A DNA stretch of 64,000 nt, from positions 1,472,001-1,536,000 of the forward strand of contig OZ245002.1 in assembly GCA_965223415.1 (NCBI GenBank), written 5' to 3'. Each line of letters opens with the position of its first letter. Position 1 is the stretch's first letter. The translations under genes were made by a program, and so were the position numbers. Shown piece by piece: positions 42,608 to 50,834 of the stretch. Under the pieces are notes generated by a model. The model was not told the DNA's origin. It did not search any database and was given only the letters and a program-made list of their open reading frames with translations. This DNA is from Myxococcota bacterium. Lineage in GTDB: Bacteria > Myxococcota_A > UBA9160 > UBA6930.

Positions 42608-42647
42608 GAACACCGGGTCGAATCACTTTCCTGGGGAGGAAATCCAG

Positions 42648-43298
42648 TTGGCTCTTCTACGGCATGTGGGACTCGCCGGCGCCGCGCTGCTCCTGTTGAG
42701 CGCGTCGGCCGGTGCCGCGACCATCGACTTCCGCTCGGGCGGTCCGTCGATCTTCCTCGACGGAACCGGCATCCAGGTCACCGTCAGCGGCTGGGGGGGC
42801 TCGAACGACCCCCAGAACCTGATCGACCCCAACAACCCGGTGGCCTCCGGGCTCACCAATCTGGGAACGAACGTCGGCGGCTCCGGCGTATTCGGAACCC
42901 TCGGCGTCGGATGCGGCATCGCCCAGTGCGACCTCATCCTGCCCGCCGGTGAGGACGCGCTGCTGCTCTCGTTCAACACCACGGTCACGATCGACGCGGT
43001 GATCGGCGCCGCCATCGAGGATCCGGACGACATCAGCGTCTGGTCGTGGAACGGCTCGTCCTGGACGCAGGTGGGCTCGGACAGCTGCAGCACCTTCAGC
43101 TTCTGCGGCGGCGAGGAGCCGCTCTCGGGCTTCATCGGACCGACCCAGCACCTGCTGGTCGTGGCGGAGAGCTCCGGCGCCAGCGCCTTCCGGCTTGCCG
43201 AGCTGACCAACGTCGTGGACGTCCCGGAGCCTGGCGCGCTCGGCCTGCTCGGCCTCGGCGGGTTCGGTCTGTACCGCGCAGGACGGCGGCGGGACTAG
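42648..43298 (+). CDS. PEP-CTERM sorting domain protein
   Basis: GGGGAGGA SD + TTG; signal peptide; C-terminal VPEPGALGLLGLGGFGLYRAGRRRD. Confidence 0.9.
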   Translation: MALLRHVGLAGAALLLLSASAGAATIDFRSGGPSIFLDGTGIQVTVSGWGGSNDPQNLIDPNNPVASGLTNLGTNVGGSGVFGTLGVGCGIAQCDLILPAGEDALLLSFNTTVTIDAVIGAAIEDPDDISVWSWNGSSWTQVGSDSCSTFSFCGGEEPLSGFIGPTQHLLVVAESSGASAFRLAELTNVVDVPEPGALGLLGLGGFGLYRAGRRRD

Positions 43299-43321
43299 GC
43301 GCCCAACACCGGACCGGGTTC

Positions 43322-43358
43322 GAGCGGCCTCCGGGGGGGGTGCACCCGGGGGCCGCTC
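43322..43358. terminator. Hairpin terminator between convergent genes
   Basis: GAGCGGCCTCCGGG / CCCGGGGGCCGCTC stem. Confidence 0.65.
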
Positions 43359-43363
43359 TGCGT

Positions 43364-44695
43364 TCAGAGAGACTCCGCCAACGCGTCCGCAGCCCGCTGA
43401 CCGCTCGCCACCGCGCCCTCCACCGTCGGAGCGACCAGGTGATCGCCGGCGTAGACGAGGCGGCGCCCCTGGGCGAGCCGATCGGCGACGACGTCGCGCA
43501 GACGGGCGAGCTCCCGGTAGCGGCCGACGTCGAAGCGCGGGAGCGCGTGCGGATGGCGCAGGACCCGGGTGAAGCGCAGGGCCGCTCCCGCGCGGGGCAG
43601 GACCCGCGCCAGGGAGCCCACCAGCGTCTTCTCCACTGCGTCGTCGGGCGCGTCGAAGTGGGCCCGGCTCCAGGCGGCCGTCGCCACGAGCACGGCCCGC
43701 TCACAGCCCTCGGGAGCCGCCTCGCTCCCGGCTCCGCCGGGCTCGACCGCGAGGCTGGCCACCGGCCGCCGCTCGTCGGGGCGGAAGCGGTAGCGCGAGG
43801 CCTTGCCGGCGAAGCTTCCTTCGAGGCCGGCCACGAGCACCAGCGCAGGCTCCGAGCCGCCGGCTTCGAAGCACTCGCGCTCGGCGTGGACGAGCAGCGA
43901 GTCAGCCAGCGGCACCACGCTCTCTGCTGGCGTCGCGATCACGACGCCGTCCGCCTCGAGCGTGCACTCGGTCCCGTCCTGCTCGAAGACGATCCGGAAG
44001 CCGCCGGCGATCGCCTCGACCGCCCGGGCTCGCGCGCCGAAGCGATCCGCCGGATCCACCAGGGCGCCCGCCAGCCGTGCGAAGCTCCCGCGCAGCGTGC
44101 CCACGGGCGCCTCGTTGCGCGCGAGATGGTGGAGGACGAACAGCAGCCGGCTCGCCTCGTCGGGATCCGCCAGCAGGTCGCCGCCGACCAGCGGCGCGGC
44201 CCAGTGTTCGAGCGCGCTGGGGCCGAAGTAGAGGCGGACGAAGTCGGCGACGCTGCGATCGTCGAGCCGCACCGCCGGGAGCGGATCCGCCGGGTCGAGC
44301 AGATGGGCGAACTTCGCCAGGAGCCGGGGAAGGCGCCGGAGCCGGAGCGCGTCTCGCCAGCGCACCCCGGGCATGCGCGCGATCCCGAGCGTCCGCGAAG
44401 GCTCGATCGGGACGGCGGCGCCGCCGCTCACCTGGAACAGCCGCTCGGGTCGCAGGGGCAGGAGCTCCGCGCCGAGGCCCGCTTCGGCCACGAGCCCGGC
44501 GAGGGCGGCGTCGCGGGCGGAGACCGCGTGGGCACCGCCGTCCCAGGCGAAGCCGTCCTGCTCGCCTCCAACGGCCCGCCCGCCGGGGCCGGGCGCCGCC
44601 TCGAGGAGGGTCACCTCGCACCCGCCCGCCCCCAGGCGCCGGGCGGCCGCGAGGCCCGCCAGGCCTCCTCCCACGACGACGACCCGAGAACGCAC
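43364..44695 (-). CDS. FAD-dependent oxidoreductase (amine oxidase / HemY-like)
   Basis: VVVGGGLAGL, EAAPGPGGR, AGDH...VEGAVASG. Confidence 0.85.
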   Translation of the reverse strand: MRSRVVVVGGGLAGLAAARRLGAGGCEVTLLEAAPGPGGRAVGGEQDGFAWDGGAHAVSARDAALAGLVAEAGLGAELLPLRPERLFQVSGGAAVPIEPSRTLGIARMPGVRWRDALRLRRLPRLLAKFAHLLDPADPLPAVRLDDRSVADFVRLYFGPSALEHWAAPLVGGDLLADPDEASRLLFVLHHLARNEAPVGTLRGSFARLAGALVDPADRFGARARAVEAIAGGFRIVFEQDGTECTLEADGVVIATPAESVVPLADSLLVHAERECFEAGGSEPALVLVAGLEGSFAGKASRYRFRPDERRPVASLAVEPGGAGSEAAPEGCERAVLVATAAWSRAHFDAPDDAVEKTLVGSLARVLPRAGAALRFTRVLRHPHALPRFDVGRYRELARLRDVVADRLAQGRRLVYAGDHLVAPTVEGAVASGQRAADALAESL

Positions 44696-44932
44696 CCGAC
44701 CTCCCTGCCTCCCACCCGTCCGGAGGCTCCCTGCGGGGGCCGGAAGCGGCCCGGCGCCGTTATAGCAGCCCGGGCGAACCAGGTCCGCGGGGGCCGCGTA
44801 CTACGCCCAGAGATGATGGAGCTGGCTCTCTCGACCCCGGCAGCCGCCACCCTTCCGGCGCTGCGCCTCCCGGCGGCGGCCGCGCGGCCGGCGCGGCGGT
44901 GGCACAGGGCGGCTTTGATACCGTCGGCCGCA

Positions 44933-45472
44933 GTGACGTCGGACGAAGACCTGATGGTCCAGGTCCAGGCGGGCGACGAGGCGGCCCTCGAGACCCTGAT
45001 GGGCCGCTACAAAGGCCCGCTGTTCGGCTTCCTCAACCGTCGGGTCGGCTCCTCCGCCGCCGACGACCTGTTCCAGGAATCCTGGATCCGGGTGGTGAAG
45101 GCCCGCGACCGCTTCGACCCGCGGCGGCGCTTCTCCACGTGGCTGTTCCAGATCGCGAACAACCTGTGCCGGGATCGCGGCCGCCACCTGCTGGTCGAGG
45201 CGCGCTACCGGGATCGGGTGAAGGGCGAGGCCCGGGCCGAGCCGGCTCCCCGCAGCGCGACGCCGCCGGGTGCCGAGCGGATCGACATGCAACGGCACCT
45301 GGCCGCCCTGCCGGATCCCCTGCGCGAGATCCTGGTGCTTCGCTACTACCAGGACCTCTCGGAGCGGGAGATCGCCGAGGTGCTGGGCATTCCGCGGGGA
45401 ACCGTGAAGAGCAGGGCGCACGCCGCGGTGAAGGCCCTGCGGAAGCAGGTGGAGGATGGGACCGATGCGTGA
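44933..45472 (+). CDS. ECF RNA polymerase sigma factor
   Basis: SDEDLM, DDLFQE, FSTWLFQIANN, EIAEVLGIPRGTVKSR; start may instead be ATG 44812 or 44815. Confidence 0.9.
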   Translation: MTSDEDLMVQVQAGDEAALETLMGRYKGPLFGFLNRRVGSSAADDLFQESWIRVVKARDRFDPRRRFSTWLFQIANNLCRDRGRHLLVEARYRDRVKGEARAEPAPRSATPPGAERIDMQRHLAALPDPLREILVLRYYQDLSEREIAEVLGIPRGTVKSRAHAAVKALRKQVEDGTDA

Positions 45473-45887
45473 GCCCCGGGACGAGCTCGAGCGGGCGCTG
45501 GCCGAGCTGGCAGCGGAGCTCGACCGCTACGAGGTGGCGGAGCCCAGCGACGCGCTGGTCTCCGCCACCCTGGAGCGGTCGAGCGCTCTGCTCCGCGGGC
45601 CCGTGCCGACACCGCGGCATGCCGCGATTCCCACCGGCTTCAAGCGCGAGCTCACCCGGCTGCTGGCCGCCGCGGCGGTGCCGCTCGTGCTCGTCGTCGC
45701 CTGGAATGCGTTCGTGCTGCTGAACGCCCCCGAGTGGCTCGCCACCTGGCTCCCCGCCTCCCTGGCCTGGGCCCTGCCCGCCGCCTACGTGCTGGGGGCT
45801 GCCGGCTGGCTCGCCCTCGTCTTCGGCAGTCTTCCCCTCGTCGCCCACCGGCGCGCCTGGCAGCGCCACCGAGAGGCCCTTTCATGA
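45465..45887 (+). CDS. Two-TM membrane protein, putative anti-sigma factor
   Basis: Overlaps the ECF stop; soluble N-terminus plus two hydrophobic segments. Confidence 0.65.
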   Translation: MREPRDELERALAELAAELDRYEVAEPSDALVSATLERSSALLRGPVPTPRHAAIPTGFKRELTRLLAAAAVPLVLVVAWNAFVLLNAPEWLATWLPASLAWALPAAYVLGAAGWLALVFGSLPLVAHRRAWQRHREALS

Positions 45888-46231
45888 TCGAGAGCAAGCT
45901 GTGTCCCTACTGCGCCGAGGAGGTGCGGTCCGAGGCCATCAAGTGCAAGCACTGCGGCTCCTTCCTGCGCACGCGGAGCTCCACCTCCGATTGGTTCCGC
46001 ACCGCGGACGATCGCATGGTGGCCGGTGTGTGCGGTGGCCTGGCCGTGCAGTTCGGCGTGCCCACCGCCATCGTGCGATTGGCCTTCGTGCTGATGACGC
46101 TCTTCATGGGCGGAGTGGGCATCGTGATCTACGCGGTGCTGTGGGTGGTGATGCCCCTCGACGACTGGGCCGACGAGGTGGACACGGCCCGCCGCGAGCG
46201 CTTCGGCGAGCCACCCGAGTACCGGGGCTAG
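45884..46231 (+). CDS. Zinc-ribbon + PspC domain protein
   Basis: CPYCAEE..KCKHCG, then DRMVAGVCGGLA...RLAFV...YAVLWVVMP. Confidence 0.88.
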   Translation: MIESKLCPYCAEEVRSEAIKCKHCGSFLRTRSSTSDWFRTADDRMVAGVCGGLAVQFGVPTAIVRLAFVLMTLFMGGVGIVIYAVLWVVMPLDDWADEVDTARRERFGEPPEYRG

Positions 46232-46291
46232 GAAACGAAGTGTTGCCACCCTCCTGGCAGTAGCGGGCCAGAGCCGCGATAGGCTCTCCCC

Positions 46292-47007
46292 ATGAGCGAC
46301 ACCTTCCCTCCCGCCCAGCCCCACGAGCCCCCGCGCGAGATCCTCCCGGACGTGCTCTTCGTGCACGGGACCATGCGCATGGGACCGGGCATGACCATCA
46401 ACCGCAACATGGTCGCGCTGCGCCACGAGGGCGAGCTGACGCTCCTGAATCCGGTGCGCCTCTCGGCGGAAGGCGAGGCGGCCCTCGAGGCGTTCGGCAC
46501 GGTGCAGCATGCGGTTCGGCTCGGCTGCATGCACAGCCTGGACGATCCCTACACGGTGAAGCGCTTCGGCGCGCGCTTCTGGTGCGCGCCGGGAGCCGAC
46601 GCCGGCCTCGAGCCGAAGCCGGACGCGCTGCTCGAGGCGAGCGCGGAGCTGCCGATCCCCGGGGCCGAGCTGTTCACCTTCCGCGGCGTCCAGAAGCCGG
46701 AGTGCGCCGTGCTCTTCCGGCGCGCCGATCTCCTCGTCACCTGCGACGCGGTCCAGCACTGGGAGAGCACCTCGGGCTGCTCGCTGCTCGGCAAGCTCGC
46801 CTGTCACGCCATGGGCTTCCTGCACCCGGCCAACATCGGACCGCCCTGGCGGCGGATCCAGACGCCGAAGGGAGGCTCGCTCGAGAGCGAGTTCGAGCGG
46901 CTCTCCTCCCTGGGGTTCGAGAACTGGTCGGCGCACACGGCCAGCCGCTCCTGGGCGGCGCGAGCCGGGCGCTGGCGGAGACGGTGACCCGCGTCTACGG
47001 CGCCTGA
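46292..47007 (+). pseudogene. DUF4336/MBL-fold-like protein with an apparent 1-nt frameshift near 46924
   Basis: Main frame degrades after GFEN; the shifted frame continues LVGAHGQPLLGGASRALAETVTRVYGA*, the expected C-terminus. May be a sequencing error. Confidence 0.6.
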
Positions 47008-47042
47008 ACCACAGACGCCGACCCGCGTCTACGGCGCCTGAA
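46986..47042. repeat. 23-bp direct repeat at convergent gene ends
   Basis: GACCCGCGTCTACGGCGCCTGAA at 46986-47008 and 47020-47042. Confidence 0.9.
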
Positions 47043-49653
47043 GCCGGGCCGAGAGGCACTCCAGCCCTTCGATCACGTCGTGGAGATCGTCGAAGGGCTC
47101 GAAGGCGATGCCGCGGGTGCCGAGCTCCTCGGCCAGGGTGTCCTTGGCGAAGACGACATCGGCGGCCTCGCTGGCGCACAGGTCGGAGACGCGGCCGTTG
47201 CCCACGTGCACGACGGTGGCCTTCGGGTGGTGGCGGCGGAAGAGCTCGATGCGGCCGCGCTTGCACACGCCGGTACCGCAGCGGCAGCTGGCGTCCGGCG
47301 CACCCGGAGCCAGGCGCCAGCGCCCGTCCTCGTACCAGAGGTGGTTGGCGTCGTAGGCGAAGCGCACGCCGTGGAGCTCCTGGAGCCGGTCGAGGTTGCG
47401 GTCGAAGCCGTCCGAGAGCACCCGGAAGGGCACGCCCCGCTCCTCGCACCAGGCCACCAGGGCGTGGGCGCCGGGCATGGGCTCGATCGTCTTCAGAAAC
47501 GCGTCGAGCCGCTCCTCGGGGAGGTCGAGGCCGTCGAGCAGCTCCATGTTGTACTGCCAGGCGCTGAGCTCGCCGCGGGTGAGCCGCTCCCAGAGCGCGG
47601 CGCGCCCGTCGCTCGCCCAGGTCTTGGCGATGGTCGAGCCGACGTCCTGGACGGCGAAGGTGCCGTCGTAGTCGCAGAAGACGGCGAGGGGAACGTCCCG
47701 TGAGAAGCGAAGCAGGGACGACTCGTGGGGTGCAAGCCGGAGTGCTCCTTCCTTGGGCTGGGCACCGGCGAGGGGCTCGGGCTGCGCGAGCCCGGCGCGC
47801 TCGTGCAGCTCCTCCGCAGCGCGCTCGCGGCTCTCGTCGCCGGCGTTCAGGGCGTAGAGCCAGATCGTGTCCGCGCCCCGTGCCACCGCACCCGTGGCGA
47901 TCTCGCCCTCGGTGAGGCCGGTGGCCCGCACGGCGCCCTGGGCGCCGGCGGCGTCGATCTCCCGGGCCAGGGCGAGGGTGCTCCGAACGCGCACGAGGTC
48001 GTCGTCGGCGAGGGAAGGAAGGTCGTCCGAGACGACGGTCAGGCCGCCGGTCACCGCGATCGCGCCGGCCAGGGCCTCCACCTCGGCCGGGCTCAGCTCG
48101 GTGTCGCGGCTGCGAGCCATCAGGCAATCCGGGTCGTTGATCCACAGCCGGCGGTGCATCCAGGCCCGGGCCAGGATGCTGCGCAGGGCGCCGCGGGTGC
48201 TGGGCAGCGCCTCCTCGATCCCCGGCGGCGCACCGGGCGGCGGCTCCCAGTGGGGCGCCACGTCGGGGCCGATGCGCATGGCGTCGACCACGCCCACGGC
48301 CGCGCCGAGGGGACATCCGCAGCCGAGCAGGAACGCCTCGTCGCCGGCGCCGCGCCGGATCGCCTCGAGGCCGCGGCGCAAGCGGGCGGCGCGGGTAAGC
48401 GTGGGATCGGCGGCCACGGCCTGCATGGCGGCGACGTAGAGGAAATCGAGCTTCAGGTAGCGGAAGCCCATGCCGGCCAGGGCCGCGAAGGTGCGCAGCA
48501 GGTGCTCCGTCACCTCGTCCCGGCTCGGGTCGAGGGCATGCACCCAGCCGTGCTTCGTCCAGGCCGGGTGGAGCAGGCCGCGATGGGGACCGCCCTCTTC
48601 GCCGTGGCTCCCGAGCAGCCACTCCGGATGGGCCCGGAACAGGTGGCTCTCTCCGACGACGCAGAAGGGCGCGGTCCAGATGCCGGGCCGGAAGCCGGCG
48701 GCGCGGATCTCCGCGGCCAGGGGCGCGATGCCGCGCGGGAACTTCTCGTTCGTCTCGAGCCAATCACCGATCGCGTGCTGGTAGCCGTCGTCGAGCTGCA
48801 CCACGTCGACGGAGAAGCGGGAGCGCAGGCCGGAGAGCGCCTCCAGGTTGCGCAGCAGGTCCCGCTCGGTGACGTCGTGGAAGAACTGGTACCAGCTGCA
48901 CCAGCCCGTCGGCAGCGGCGCGCCGGTGCGGGCCCCTCCGCGCCGCCCGAGCTCCTCCGCATAGCGCTCGAGGAGCACGTTCTCGTCGTCGCCGAGCAGG
49001 ACGAGTGCGGGCTCGATCTCGAGGGCGGCGCCCGGATCGAGCGGGACCTCGAGCTGGATCTCGAGCTCCACCCGCACGCCCTGCGCGTCACGCTTCCAGT
49101 AGACGAGACCGCTCCCGAGCCCGGCCTCGAGCAGGCCGACGAGACACGCCCGACCCTGGCCGTCGCAGGCGACGGAGACGAGGGACGACTCGTGCCAACC
49201 GCTGCGGTCCGGCGGCGCCTCGCCGAGCGGGTGATGGAGACCGCGCAGCCAGGGCCCGGACGGAAAGGGAGGCTCGCCCGCCTCGTCGAGGGCGCGGCCG
49301 CCGGTGAACGACCAGGACTGCCATCCGTTCTTCAGGAAGCGCAGGGCATGGGTGTCCGCGCCACTCCAGCGGAAGCCCAACACCACGGACTCGAGATGGA
49401 GCGGCACGTCGGCGAGGTTGCGCACCGAGAGCTGGAGCTCCGCCCGCTCGCCGGCCAGATCCGCCGCGAGGCCCAGCTCGAAGGCGCCGAAGTGCTGGGC
49501 CCCGGCGGCCAGGCGACCCTCGGCCCACTCCAAGGGACCCGCGACCCCGTGCTCGCTACGGTCCGGGAGCCCCTGGGCGTAGCGCACGCCGAGCCGCACC
49601 GGCTCCAGGCGCCCGGCACGCTCGTCCCGGGCGATGGAGACGGCACGGCTCAT
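47029..49653 (-). CDS. GH36 alpha-galactosidase fused to an MtnX-like HAD phosphatase
   Basis: GWCSWY, QLDDGY, LKLDF, MRIGPD, NDPD; C-terminal FCDYDGT, LSDG, CxCGxxxCK, GNGRVSD, FAKD. Confidence 0.88.
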   Translation of the reverse strand: MSRAVSIARDERAGRLEPVRLGVRYAQGLPDRSEHGVAGPLEWAEGRLAAGAQHFGAFELGLAADLAGERAELQLSVRNLADVPLHLESVVLGFRWSGADTHALRFLKNGWQSWSFTGGRALDEAGEPPFPSGPWLRGLHHPLGEAPPDRSGWHESSLVSVACDGQGRACLVGLLEAGLGSGLVYWKRDAQGVRVELEIQLEVPLDPGAALEIEPALVLLGDDENVLLERYAEELGRRGGARTGAPLPTGWCSWYQFFHDVTERDLLRNLEALSGLRSRFSVDVVQLDDGYQHAIGDWLETNEKFPRGIAPLAAEIRAAGFRPGIWTAPFCVVGESHLFRAHPEWLLGSHGEEGGPHRGLLHPAWTKHGWVHALDPSRDEVTEHLLRTFAALAGMGFRYLKLDFLYVAAMQAVAADPTLTRAARLRRGLEAIRRGAGDEAFLLGCGCPLGAAVGVVDAMRIGPDVAPHWEPPPGAPPGIEEALPSTRGALRSILARAWMHRRLWINDPDCLMARSRDTELSPAEVEALAGAIAVTGGLTVVSDDLPSLADDDLVRVRSTLALAREIDAAGAQGAVRATGLTEGEIATGAVARGADTIWLYALNAGDESRERAAEELHERAGLAQPEPLAGAQPKEGALRLAPHESSLLRFSRDVPLAVFCDYDGTFAVQDVGSTIAKTWASDGRAALWERLTRGELSAWQYNMELLDGLDLPEERLDAFLKTIEPMPGAHALVAWCEERGVPFRVLSDGFDRNLDRLQELHGVRFAYDANHLWYEDGRWRLAPGAPDASCRCGTGVCKRGRIELFRRHHPKATVVHVGNGRVSDLCASEAADVVFAKDTLAEELGTRGIAFEPFDDLHDVIEGLECLSARLQAP

Positions 49654-50596
49654 GGCGGCCGAGGATAACAAGAGCCTCCGGGCGCGATTCGCGCGCCGCG
49701 AACGCGCACTGGTGCTGGACGGCGCGACGGGCACCGAGCTGGAGCGGCGCGGTGCGCCCTGCGCGTTGCCGCTCTGGTCGACGGGCGGCCTGCTGAGTTC
49801 GCCGGATCTCGTCCGCGAGATCCACGCCGACTACGCGCGGGCCGGCTGCGACCTGCTCACCGCGGCGACCTTTCGCACCCAGGGGCGGGTGCTCGCGCAG
49901 GTCGGTCTCGGCGGGAGGGCGGCCTCCTTGACCACACTGGCAGTGCGGCTCGCACGGGAGGCGGGCCCGGACCGGACGGTGCTCGGCTCCGCGCCACCCC
50001 TGGAGGATTGCTACCACCCGGAGCGCGTCCCGGCGGACGACGCCCTCGCCCGCGAGCACGAAGAGCACGCGGGGCACCTGGCGACCGCGGGCGCCGACGG
50101 AATCCTGGCCGAGACCCACAACACCGCCCGGGAGGCCAGGGCGGCGGCGCGGGCGGCGGGCGCGGTGGGCCTGCCGGTGTGGGTGAGCTTCGTGTGCGAC
50201 GGATCGGGTCGCCTGCTCTCGGGTGAGCCTCTCGAAGCCGGGCTCGAGGCGGTGGCCGGGGAGGCGCCTCTCGGTGTGGGCGTGAACTGCCTGCCCGCCG
50301 ATGCGGTGGACGCGTGCCTGCCCGTGCTGGAGGCGAGCGGCCTCCCCTTCCTGGTCTCTGCCAACCTGGGTGCGCCGGTCGAGGGCGCACCAAGCGGCCG
50401 CAGCGACCCGCTCGGCCCCGACGAGCTCGCGGCGCGCGCACGGGGCTGGATCGAAGCCGGCGCCGAGATCGTCGGCGGATGCTGCGGAACGAGACCGGAG
50501 CACCTCGCCGCCCTCGCCCGTCTCGTGGCCGCGCACGGGCCGCGCATCGGGACGGCAGCGGATGCGCAGCTCAATTCGGGGCACGGTCGCCGGTGA
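49652..50596 (+). CDS. Homocysteine S-methyltransferase family protein
   Basis: LDGATGTEL, LWS, GVNC, VGGCCG; start uncertain (overlaps the divergent ATG). Confidence 0.88.
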   Translation: MAAEDNKSLRARFARRERALVLDGATGTELERRGAPCALPLWSTGGLLSSPDLVREIHADYARAGCDLLTAATFRTQGRVLAQVGLGGRAASLTTLAVRLAREAGPDRTVLGSAPPLEDCYHPERVPADDALAREHEEHAGHLATAGADGILAETHNTAREARAAARAAGAVGLPVWVSFVCDGSGRLLSGEPLEAGLEAVAGEAPLGVGVNCLPADAVDACLPVLEASGLPFLVSANLGAPVEGAPSGRSDPLGPDELAARARGWIEAGAEIVGGCCGTRPEHLAALARLVAAHGPRIGTAADAQLNSGHGRR

Positions 50597-50720
50597 CCCA
50601 AATTGTGTCACCCGGCTCCTCTCGGCCGGCGTGAGACGCGCGCCGCGGATGCGCAGCTCCGCCCGCAACCGACCAGCCCGCGGGCCCGCACGAGGGAGCG
50701 TGGGCCGGCCCCCCCGCCGA

Positions 50721-50736
50721 TGGCACGTGCCTTGCT
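50721..50736 (+). promoter_or_regulatory. Consensus sigma54 promoter with no downstream CDS
   Basis: TGGCACGTGCCTTGCT. Confidence 0.8.
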
Positions 50737-50746
50737 TTCTCATGGT

Positions 50747-50828
50747 TTCCAGCACGTTCTTGGCGCCCGGGCCGGCTACCCCTCCCCTCGTGCTTGCACG
50801 AGGAGTCGACCCGGGCGCTTTTCTCTTT
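50747..50828 (+). ncRNA. Candidate sigma54-dependent small RNA
   Basis: Follows the sigma54 promoter; long bulged hairpin 50762-50819 with ACCCCTCC bulge; ends in TTTTCTCTTT. Confidence 0.55.
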
Positions 50829-50834
50829 CCGCGC

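Noticed and set aside
44900..44916. TGGCAC/CGGCAC as a sigma54 promoter before the ECF gene (also near 13757 and 56172)
   Set aside because: No GC at the -12 position at the required spacing
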